The notes under the pieces were generated by a model. The model searched no databases. It was not told the origin of the DNA and worked only from the letters and a program-made list of their open reading frames with translations. Source: Cupriavidus necator (GTDB lineage Bacteria > Pseudomonadota > Gammaproteobacteria > Burkholderiales > Burkholderiaceae). Taken from it: a stretch of 32,000 nt of DNA. A program made the position numbers and the translations under genes. Shown here in pieces: positions 24,296 to 32,000 of the stretch (its first letter is position 1; each line of letters begins with the position of its first letter). The DNA is taken from the NCBI RefSeq assembly GCF_016127575.1, contig NZ_CP066018.1, forward strand, positions 450,001-482,000, given 5' to 3'.

Positions 24296-24793
24296 TCAGT
24301 ACGGCGTTGCCATGTCATTGGCCACGCGTGCGCGCATGCCCACCTGCAGGTTGCCCAGGCTCGACTGGGTCACCGTGGCGATGCGGCCATCATCCAGGCG
24401 CACGTTGACGCGGTACGCGGTCTGGGTGTTGCTGCCCGCGCGCTTCTCGATCTGGTTGCCGGCCACGGCGCCGACCACGGCACCGCCGATGGTCGCCGCG
24501 GTCTGCCCGCGTCCGCCGCCGATCTGGTGGCCCAGCAGGCCACCGGCCGCACCGCCGATCACGGTGCCGAGCAGGCCCGAGCTGCCTTGCGTACTGGTGA
24601 TCGGTTCAATCGATTCCACGCGGCCGTAGTACACCGCGCCAGCCGGGGCCTGCGAGGTGTTGGGAGTCTGGTACCCCGGAGGCGGGGCGTTGTAGCCGGT
24701 GTTGTAGCCGCTGTCATACGGAGCGGCACAACCGGCCAGCACAGCCGCTGCAGCCACCGGAACGATCAGCCATTTCTTGCTATGGATTCGCAT
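24296..24793 (-). CDS. Glycine-zipper (SlyB / 17-kDa surface antigen-like) outer-membrane lipoprotein
   Basis: The signal peptide plus lipobox is MRIHSKKWLIVPVAAAAVLAGC. The glycine zipper is GTVIGGAAGGLLGHQIGGGRGQTAATIGGAVVGAVAG. GAGGAG lies 7 nt upstream of ATG 24793. Confidence 0.8.
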   Translation of the reverse strand: MRIHSKKWLIVPVAAAAVLAGCAAPYDSGYNTGYNAPPPGYQTPNTSQAPAGAVYYGRVESIEPITSTQGSSGLLGTVIGGAAGGLLGHQIGGGRGQTAATIGGAVVGAVAGNQIEKRAGSNTQTAYRVNVRLDDGRIATVTQSSLGNLQVGMRARVANDMATPY

Positions 24794-25080
24794 TTTGAGT
24801 TCTCCTCTGTTGCCAGGCGAAAGCCGGGGATGCGGCACACACCGCGCCATCCGGCACGACAATATGAGCGATGCCGGCGTGTGAAGGTTCCGTAATGTCA
24901 GACAGACGCCGACATCCGCGGCAGCGGATGTGGCAGGAAGTTTACGCGCGCTTGCGTGCCGCAACACAAGACCACCATCGATCCACGCGAGCCTTGTATA
25001 ATGCGCGGCCTGACCGTCGGGTCTGCAGGCGGCAGCGCGCCGGGCCCATGCCCTTTCGCGCTACAATGCCCGCACTTCCA

Positions 25081-25170
25081 GGAAGCGTGGCCGAGTGGTT
25101 TAAGGCAGCAGTCTTGAAAACTGCCGATGGGGTGACCCATCCGTGAGTTCGAATCTCACCGCTTCCGCCA
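25081..25170 (+). tRNA. tRNA-Ser (anticodon UGA)
   Basis: GGAAGCGTGGCCGAGTGGTTTAAGGCAGCAGTCTTGAAAACTGCCGATGGGGTGACCCATCCGTGAGTTCGAATCTCACCGCTTCCGCCA. It has a long variable arm, anticodon loop CTTGAAA and acceptor GGAAGCG/CGCTTCC. Confidence 0.95.
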
Positions 25171-25179
25171 GACAAGAGA

Positions 25180-25212
25180 AACGGCCCGCACCAGTAACTG
25201 GTGCGGGCCGTT
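25180..25212. terminator. Bidirectional terminator shared by tRNA-Ser (+) and the HExxH gene (-)
   Basis: Perfect 15-bp stem AACGGCCCGCACCAG taa CTGGTGCGGGCCGTT, flanked by T-rich tracts on both strands. Confidence 0.7.
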
Positions 25213-25217
25213 CTTCA

Positions 25218-25589
25218 TTAGAGATCGCCGTGCAGGTCTTGCGTCAGCAGACGGTACGCCTCGGCTTCTGAAATCCTGAGCCGGTACTTGCACGCCAGCA
25301 CGCGCGCCAGGCCATGCGCCGCGCCCGGCGGGCTGTGCCGCAATTGTTCGCGGTAGGCCTCCACTTCATAGCGCAGGCGCCAGCGCCGGCTGGCCAGGTA
25401 GAGCACGCCCATCAGGCCCCAGCTGCGCCAGAACTGGCGCACATGCACCTTCTCATGCTCGATCAGCGCCTGGCTGGCGCCGGGGCGCAGCAGGATCAGC
25501 GGACCGGGCGTGAAGCCGTCAAACCCGCGCGGTATCAGCCAGCGGGTTTCGACGACCAGGCACAAGGGCGAGCGGCAATAGCGGAGCAT
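25218..25589 (-). CDS. Hypothetical 123-aa protein with an HExxH zinc-metallopeptidase-like motif
   Basis: PLILLRPGASQALIEHEKVHVRQF resembles the motif context of minimal metallopeptidase domains (DUF4157/SprT-like). I have no confident family assignment. Confidence 0.55.
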   Translation of the reverse strand: MLRYCRSPLCLVVETRWLIPRGFDGFTPGPLILLRPGASQALIEHEKVHVRQFWRSWGLMGVLYLASRRWRLRYEVEAYREQLRHSPPGAAHGLARVLACKYRLRISEAEAYRLLTQDLHGDL

Positions 25590-25629
25590 GCACCTAGCAT
25601 AGCGCGGATGCCGCCGCCCTGCCGCTGGC

Positions 25630-26795
<1,166 letters not shown>

Positions 26796-26799
<4 letters not shown>

Positions 26800-27446
26800 A
26801 TGCGGATTCCCTTTGGCGTCAGTGCCCGCTGCAACCACTGCAGGAAGGCGTCCGCCACGATGGCGAGCAGGCTGACCAGGACCGCGCCCACGGCCAGCTT
26901 GCTCATGTTGCTCTGGCTGATCGCCTGCAGGATCAGCACCCCAAGGCCACCCGCGCCGATGATGGCGGCAATGGTGGCAACCCCGATATTCATCACCACG
27001 GCGGTACGCACGCCGCCGAGGATCACCGGCACCGCCAGCGGCAGGTCCACCAGCCGCATGCGTTGCCAGGCGGTCATGCCGATGCCGCGCCCCGCTTCCT
27101 GGATGCCGGGGTCGACATTGGCCAGCGCGGTGTAGGTGTTGCGCATGATCGGCAGCAGCGAGTACAGGAACACCGCCGTCACCGCGGGCACGTAGCCGAG
27201 CGCATGGCCGAAGCGCGCGAAGATCGGGATCATCAGCCCGAACAGCGCGATCGACGGCAGCGTCAGCACGATCGTCGCCAGCGCCAGCAGCGGCGTGGCC
27301 AGCGCGCGGAAGCGCGTGATCACGATGCCCATTGGCACCCCGATCAGGATCGCCAGCCCCACTGCCGAGCCCACCAGCGCCAGGTGCTCGCCGGTCATTT
27401 TCAGCAGCGTGGGCCAGCTGTGCTGCAGGTAAGAGAACAAGTCCAT
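26796..27446 (-). CDS. Osmoprotectant ABC transporter permease
   Basis: 216 aa, multi-TM. The EAA-like loop is VDPGIQEAGRGIGMTAWQRMRLVDLPLAVPVILGGVR. Confidence 0.85.
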
Positions 27447-27456
27447 GCGGCCTCCC

Positions 27457-28401
27457 TCAGATCAGTCCGTGGCTGCGCAGGAAGTCCTCCGCGACCTTGT
27501 CCACCGGCTGCTGGCCGATGTCCACCTTGTAGTTCATGTCGGTCATGCTCTCGTTGTCGAGCTTGGCAGCGAGTGCATTGAGCAGGCCGGCCAGTTCCGG
27601 ATGCTTGTCGAGCACCGGCTTGCGCACCACCGGCACCGCGTTGTACGGCGGGAAGAAGTGCAGGTCGTCTTCCAGCAGCACCAGGTCGAAGCCCTTGACG
27701 CGGCCGTCGGTCGCATAGACCAGGCCCAGCTCCACCTGGTTGTTCTTCAGTGCGGTGTAGACCAGGCCCGGGTCGAGCTGGATCACGTCGCGGCGCGAGA
27801 ACGGCAGCTTGTACAGCGCCTTGAGCGGCTCCAGGCCGTCCGGGCGCGCAGCGAATTCCATGTCGACCGCGAACGGGTGGCTGGCGTCGGAGCCGGCGCG
27901 GCGCATCTGCTCGGCAAAGCCCGACAGCGTGGTCACGCCGCTGGCCGCGCGTTCCTTTGGCATCGCCAGCGCATAGGTGTTGTTGATGTTCGAGGCATCG
28001 AGCCACACCAGCCCGCGCGCGCCGTCCATCTGCTTGACGCGCTCGTAGCTTTCCCTGGCGCCGAGTTTTTCCTGGACCTTGTTGAACACGATCAGCGCGG
28101 TGCCGGTGTAGTCCCACACCACGTCGAGCTGGTTGCTCTCCATCGCCTGGCGCATCAGCGTGCTGCCCAGGCCGGCGGTCAGTTCGGTGGTGAGGCCCTT
28201 GGCGCGCAGGTATTTCGAAGTCATCGACGACAGCAGCAGCTGCTCGGTGAAGTTCTTGCCGCCCACGCGGATCGGCGTGGCCTCTGCACGCGCTTCAGGC
28301 GCAGTGGCCAGCGCCAGCCCCGCCGCAAAAGCGGTGACGGCAGCCACCACCAGGGCGACGCGCCGGGCACGGCGGCGGATGAATTGCATCTGGTTTTCCA
28401 T
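27457..28401 (-). CDS. Osmoprotectant ABC transporter substrate-binding protein (OpuCC/YehZ-like)
   Basis: The signal peptide is RRRARRVALVVAAVTAFAAGLALATAPEARA, followed by IRVGGKNFTEQLLLSSM. Candidate starts are 28413, 28401 and 28389. ATG 28401 has GGGGA 5 nt upstream. The 570-aa track ORF is an artefactual extension. Confidence 0.8.
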   Translation of the reverse strand: MENQMQFIRRRARRVALVVAAVTAFAAGLALATAPEARAEATPIRVGGKNFTEQLLLSSMTSKYLRAKGLTTELTAGLGSTLMRQAMESNQLDVVWDYTGTALIVFNKVQEKLGARESYERVKQMDGARGLVWLDASNINNTYALAMPKERAASGVTTLSGFAEQMRRAGSDASHPFAVDMEFAARPDGLEPLKALYKLPFSRRDVIQLDPGLVYTALKNNQVELGLVYATDGRVKGFDLVLLEDDLHFFPPYNAVPVVRKPVLDKHPELAGLLNALAAKLDNESMTDMNYKVDIGQQPVDKVAEDFLRSHGLI

Positions 28402-28415
28402 TTCGGTCCCCATGT

Positions 28416-29132
28416 TCAGCGCGCCAGCCCGCGCCGGCGCAGGTACAGCTGGCCGGCGGCGGCAAAGAGCGCGTCCAGGGCCAGCGCCAGCAGCGCCGTG
28501 GCGGCCGCGCCCAGCAGCAGCAGCGGCTGGTTGTTCAGGTAGATGCCCGGGAAGATCAGCTCGCCCAGGCTGTTGGCACCGATCAGGAAGGACAGCGGCA
28601 CCGTGCCCACGTTGATGACCAGGGCGATGCGGATGCCGGCCAGCATCACCGGCAGCGCGTTGGGCAATTCCACGCGCACCAGGCGCTGCACCGGCGTCAT
28701 GCCGATGCCACGCGCCGCTTCCAGCAGCGTGGGCGAGACATTGCGCAGGCCTTCGTAGGTGTTGCGCACGATCGGCAGCAGCGAGGCCAGCCACAGCGCC
28801 AGGATGGCGGGCCGCTCGCCGATGCCGAGCACGGCCAGGGCCAGCGCCAGCACCGCCAGCGACGGCACGGTATTGCCCACGTTGAAAACCTGCATCAGGC
28901 GGTCGGCCCAGCGGCGCATGCACGGGCGGCTCAGCGCGATGCCGGCCGGGATGCCGGTGGCCAGCGCCAGCGTCATGGACAGCACCACCAGGCGCAGGTG
29001 GTCGGCCACGTCGTAGAGCAGGCGCTCCTGGTACTGGCGAATCACATCGACGCCGATCCATGCCACCAGTGCAGCCAGCGCGGCCAGCGTCAGTCCTGCC
29101 CAGGCGAAGACCCGTGCCGATTGCTTTGACAT
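28416..29132 (-). CDS. Osmoprotectant ABC transporter permease
   Basis: Starts MSKQSARVFAW, with GGGGAGAG just upstream of ATG 29132. The EAA-like loop is VSPTLLEAARGIGMTPVQRLVRVELPNALPVMLAGIR. Confidence 0.85.
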   Translation of the reverse strand: MSKQSARVFAWAGLTLAALAALVAWIGVDVIRQYQERLLYDVADHLRLVVLSMTLALATGIPAGIALSRPCMRRWADRLMQVFNVGNTVPSLAVLALALAVLGIGERPAILALWLASLLPIVRNTYEGLRNVSPTLLEAARGIGMTPVQRLVRVELPNALPVMLAGIRIALVINVGTVPLSFLIGANSLGELIFPGIYLNNQPLLLLGAAATALLALALDALFAAAGQLYLRRRGLAR

Positions 29133-29516
29133 ACTCTCCCCTTTTCCGAAACCGAAAAGCGCGCAGCACGCCACTTCCCGGCGATGGAAAACAATATGGG
29201 CTGGTGCGTGCGGAGATAGGGCGCCACCAGTCCCGGTTCAGATTGCATTGCCGCCATGACCGGCACGATTGCCGGCGGACGGTCTGTGGATTCCTCCGCC
29301 GTGGGCGGGAAGTCCGATTGACGGGATGCCGGGTTGGATTGGCAGTCCCTGAAGCGGCGCAACCGGCGACGCAAAGTTGTTGCGATCGGTTGGCCAGTGG
29401 CAGCGCAAATATTGAAGTTTTCCGACGCGCCGCCGGTCCATCGGCCGTTGACTGGCAAGGGCTGGCGAGGTTTTGACACCCCGCATCTCACCTCAACGGA
29501 TGACAAAGAGAGCGCT

Positions 29517-29545
29517 ATTATAGCGATCTTCATCGATCCTGTCAT
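29517..29545 (-). promoter_or_regulatory. Candidate sigma70 promoter facing the osmoprotectant ABC operon
   Basis: The minus strand reads ATGACA (29545-29540), a 17-nt spacer, then TATAAT (29522-29517). The -10 element sits inside the 13-bp palindrome CGCTATTATAGCG. This would give a leader of about 370 nt. Confidence 0.35.
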
Positions 29546-29821
29546 CTTCCCGCATTTTTCCGGCCTTCCTGCGCCGATCTTGCGCGAATTGGCGGCAGTA
29601 GGACGGCATGTTCGGCCGTGCATTAGCCGGCACACGGCGACCTCCCGGATCGTTCTGAATTCGAAAGAACCTGGACCAACAGTCGGTACGCCAGCAGAAC
29701 AATCTGTTGCCCGGCGACCCTCTACTCTTTCCGCGCCAAAACACTAAATTGACGAGGTAGCTGAAACGACGGGAAACCGGCCCGGCCATTGCCGCGCGGA
29801 ACCCGCCCACAGGAGAAAGAC

Positions 29822-30742
29822 ATGGACACCCTTGCCACCACCTTCGCCACCGTTCCCGCCGCCGCCGCCGAAACCGTGCAACGCTCGCGCGCCGTGGACC
29901 GCGTGGTGCGGGGCATTGCCACCTCGGACGGCGCCGGCGTCAAGCTGACCCGCGTGCTGACGCAGAACCTGCAGCGCCGGCTGGACCCGTTCCTGATGCT
30001 CGATGCCTTCGGCACCGACAGCAAGGACGACTACATCGGCGGCTTCCCCGATCACCCGCACCGCGGCTTCGAGACCATCACCTACATGCTGGCCGGGCGC
30101 ATGCGCCATCGCGACAGCGCCGGCAACGAGGGGCTGCTGCAGAACGGCGGCGCGCAGTGGATGGTGGCAGGCGCAGGCGTGGTCCACTCGGAAATGCCCG
30201 AGCAGGAAGACGGCCGCATGGAAGGCTTCCAGCTATGGCTGAACCTGCCGGCCGCGGACAAGATGACCGCGCCGTGGTACCGCGACCTGCCCGCCGCCGA
30301 GATCCCGACGGTGGCGCTGGACAACGGCGCCACGGTGCGCGTGCTGGCGGGCGCCACGCACGGCGTGGCCGGCGCGATCACGCGCCCGGTGACCGAGCCG
30401 GTCTACCTGGACGTGCACCTGCCGGCCGGCCAGACCTTTGCGCAGGCGCTGCCGGCCGGGCACAACGCGTTCGTCTACGTGTACCGGGGCGAGGTTTCGA
30501 TCGGCAGCGGCGACGACCGCGCCGTGATCGAGGCCCAGCGCATGGGCGTGCTGGACAACGCCGGCCAGTCTGACGGCGTCATCGTCAGGGCCGAGGCCGA
30601 CGCGCGCTTCCTGCTGATCGCGGGCCAGCCGCTGAACGAGCCGATCGCGCAGTACGGGCCGTTCGTGATGAACACGCAGGAGCAGATCTACCAGACTCTG
30701 GCGGATTTCCGCGACGGGCGCTTCGCCACCACCGGCGCCTGA
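29822..30742 (+). CDS. Pirin family protein (bicupin, quercetin 2,3-dioxygenase-like)
   Basis: GFPDHPHRGFETITYMLAGRMRHRDSAGNEG.L..GGAQWM.AG.GV.HSEMP. AGGAG lies upstream of ATG 29822. 306 aa. Confidence 0.88.
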   Translation: MDTLATTFATVPAAAAETVQRSRAVDRVVRGIATSDGAGVKLTRVLTQNLQRRLDPFLMLDAFGTDSKDDYIGGFPDHPHRGFETITYMLAGRMRHRDSAGNEGLLQNGGAQWMVAGAGVVHSEMPEQEDGRMEGFQLWLNLPAADKMTAPWYRDLPAAEIPTVALDNGATVRVLAGATHGVAGAITRPVTEPVYLDVHLPAGQTFAQALPAGHNAFVYVYRGEVSIGSGDDRAVIEAQRMGVLDNAGQSDGVIVRAEADARFLLIAGQPLNEPIAQYGPFVMNTQEQIYQTLADFRDGRFATTGA

Positions 30743-30790
30743 GCCCTGCCGGCGAGCGGCCGCCCTGGCCGCCCGCCGCTGCTCCAGTCC

Positions 30791-30827
30791 AGCCGCTGGC
30801 TCCGCAAGGAGCCGGCGGCTTTTTTTC
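30791..30827 (+). terminator. Rho-independent terminator of the pirin gene
   Basis: AGCCGCTGGCTCC gcaa GGAGCCGGCGGCT followed by TTTTTT. GNRA loop, one G-U pair. Confidence 0.75.
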
Positions 30828-31057
30828 GTGCTGTGGCCGGCACGCGACTTGCAACCACCCCCAAACCGTTGCAGGGACTGGAATGACGCCGGAATCGGCC
30901 CGCCCGGTGTCCTGTCACTTATATAATCCATCACCAATATCGGGCATCACCAAACCATGATGAATGCTGCAATGCGTCGCGGCGATGCTGCGCCACGCAC
31001 TGCCGCGCTGTTGACTCATCCCACGTTGCTGCCATCACAACAACCCGAGCCGCCTCA

Positions 31058-32000
31058 GTGACATCACAACTCCCTCCCAGGCTGGCGCTGGCCCATATCA
31101 GCAAGCGCTACCCGGGCGTCGTCGCCAATGACGACGTCAGCCTCAGCGTCGCCCCCGGCGAGATCCATGCCGTGCTGGGTGAAAACGGCGCAGGCAAATC
31201 CACCCTGATGAAGATTATCTTTGGCGCGGTCCGTCCGGATGCCGGCGAGATGCACTTCAACGGGGCGCCGGTCACCATCAACAGTCCGCACGACGCCCGC
31301 AACCTGGGCATCGCCATGGTGTTCCAGCATTTCTCGCTGTTCGACACGCTGACCGTGACCGAGAACATCGCACTCGGCCTGCCCGCCGGACAGCAAGGCA
31401 ACATAAAGCAGCTGGCCGAGCGCATCCGCGCCACCGCCGAGCGCTACGGGCTGCCGCTGGAGCCGAACCGCCATGTGCATACGCTGTCGGTCGGCGAGCG
31501 CCAGCGCGTGGAGATCGTGCGCGCGCTGCTGGCCAATCCGCAGTTGCTGATCCTGGACGAGCCCACCTCGGTGCTGACCCCGCAGGCAGTGGAAACGCTC
31601 TTCGTCACGCTGCGCCAGCTGGCCGCCGAAGGCACCAGCATCCTCTACATCAGCCACAAGCTCGACGAGATCCGCGCACTGTGCCATCAGGCCACCGTGA
31701 TGCGCATGGGCAAGGTCACCGGCGTGTGCGATCCGCGCCAGGAAACCGCGGCCTCGCTGTCGCGGCTGATGATCGGCGGCGAGCCCCCGCGCGAGACGCG
31801 CGTGGCTGCCGAGCGCGGCCCGGTGCGGCTCAGCGTGCAGGGCCTGTCGCTGCCGCGCGCGCATGCCTTCGCGACCGAGCTGAGCAGGATCTCGCTGGAT
31901 GTCCACGCCGGCGAGATCGTCGGCATTGCCGGCGTGTCCGGCAACGGGCAGCAGGAGCTGCTGGCCGCGCTGTCCGGTGAAGACACACGCGCAGACAACA
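31058..32000 (+). CDS. Two-NBD ABC transporter ATP-binding protein (CUT2 / BMP-type sugar-nucleoside uptake family). The 3' end lies outside the window.
   Basis: I translated this by hand from GTG 31058: VTSQLPPRLALAHISKRYPGVVANDDVSLSVAPGEIHAVLGENGAGKSTLMKIIFG...MVFQHFSLF...LSVGERQRVEIVRALL..PQLLILDEPTSVL...GIAGVSGNGQQEL. It is absent from the track because it runs off the window. Track ORF 31064..31906(-) is its antisense shadow. Confidence 0.8.
   Translation, partial: MTSQLPPRLALAHISKRYPGVVANDDVSLSVAPGEIHAVLGENGAGKSTLMKIIFGAVRPDAGEMHFNGAPVTINSPHDARNLGIAMVFQHFSLFDTLTVTENIALGLPAGQQGNIKQLAERIRATAERYGLPLEPNRHVHTLSVGERQRVEIVRALLANPQLLILDEPTSVLTPQAVETLFVTLRQLAAEGTSILYISHKLDEIRALCHQATVMRMGKVTGVCDPRQETAASLSRLMIGGEPPRETRVAAERGPVRLSVQGLSLPRAHAFATELSRISLDVHAGEIVGIAGVSGNGQQELLAALSGEDTRADN

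Noticed and set aside
24871-25146. 91-aa Arg-rich ORF with a GAAGG SD-like element upstream of the internal ATG at 24895, and an 8-bp hairpin ACATCCGC-ggca-GCGGATGT at 24912-24931
   Set aside because: The ORF reads into and through the tRNA-Ser gene and is extremely basic, so coding is unlikely. The hairpin has no U-tract and no evident partner function, and I left it unannotated.
29090-29810. ORFs of 181, 137, 105 and 82 aa in the large spacer, plus motif hits resembling RNase P RNA (GGGAAGTCCG at about 29307) and the cobalamin riboswitch (GCCACTGG at about 29390, minus strand)
   Set aside because: The ORFs lack SDs and have non-coding-like composition. The RNA motif hits are isolated. The other universally conserved blocks of RNase P RNA (e.g. 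GGTAAGAGCGCACC, ACAGAAxCCGGCTTA) and the B12 box are absent.
31064-31906. 280-aa minus-strand ORF, the only track entry covering this region
   Set aside because: Hand translation of the plus strand gives a textbook ABC ATPase (Walker A, signature, Walker B, second NBD) running off the window. The minus ORF is its shadow.

Overview
This is a high-GC betaproteobacterial core-chromosome window. Gene content and order look Burkholderiaceae, Cupriavidus/Ralstonia-like, but that is inference only. I support about 36 protein genes and 3 tRNAs: initiator tRNA-Met(CAU), tRNA-Arg(ACG) and tRNA-Ser(UGA). I see no rRNA, CRISPR, IS element, integrase, prophage or recognisable defence module. Left to right the genes are: two convergent flavoproteins; a DUF2917-like gene divergent from a MocR regulator; a PAS-PAS-GGDEF cyclase; a DUF333 lipoprotein; lpxO; a small acidic ORF plus a DUF2252 kinase-like gene; an AhpD/CMD-family gene divergent from a second MocR regulator; a frameshifted piuC/ybiX hydroxylase; two small ORFs between tRNA-fMet and tRNA-Arg; greB; the yicC-gmk-rpoZ-spoT block on the minus strand; a Hanks Ser/Thr kinase plus PP2C phosphatase followed by rph-rdgB-hemW; a SlyB-like lipoprotein; tRNA-Ser; an HExxH mini-protein; a four-gene OpuC/YehZYXW-type osmoprotectant ABC operon; pirin; and the 5' part of a two-domain ABC ATPase that the supplied ORF track misses. 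Much of the track consists of antisense or off-frame shadow ORFs typical of high-GC DNA. No convincing novel multi-gene system is visible. The most unusual items are listed here. (1) An SD-led uORF is stop/start-coupled to the kinase. (2) piuC carries two compensating frameshifts. (3) DUF2252 forms a pair with a small acidic ORF. (4) A 104-bp nested palindrome lies between greB and spoT. (5) A 689-bp non-coding spacer suggests a long leader for the opu operon. (6) A fourfold CATCAC repeat and a uORF precede the untracked ABC gene.
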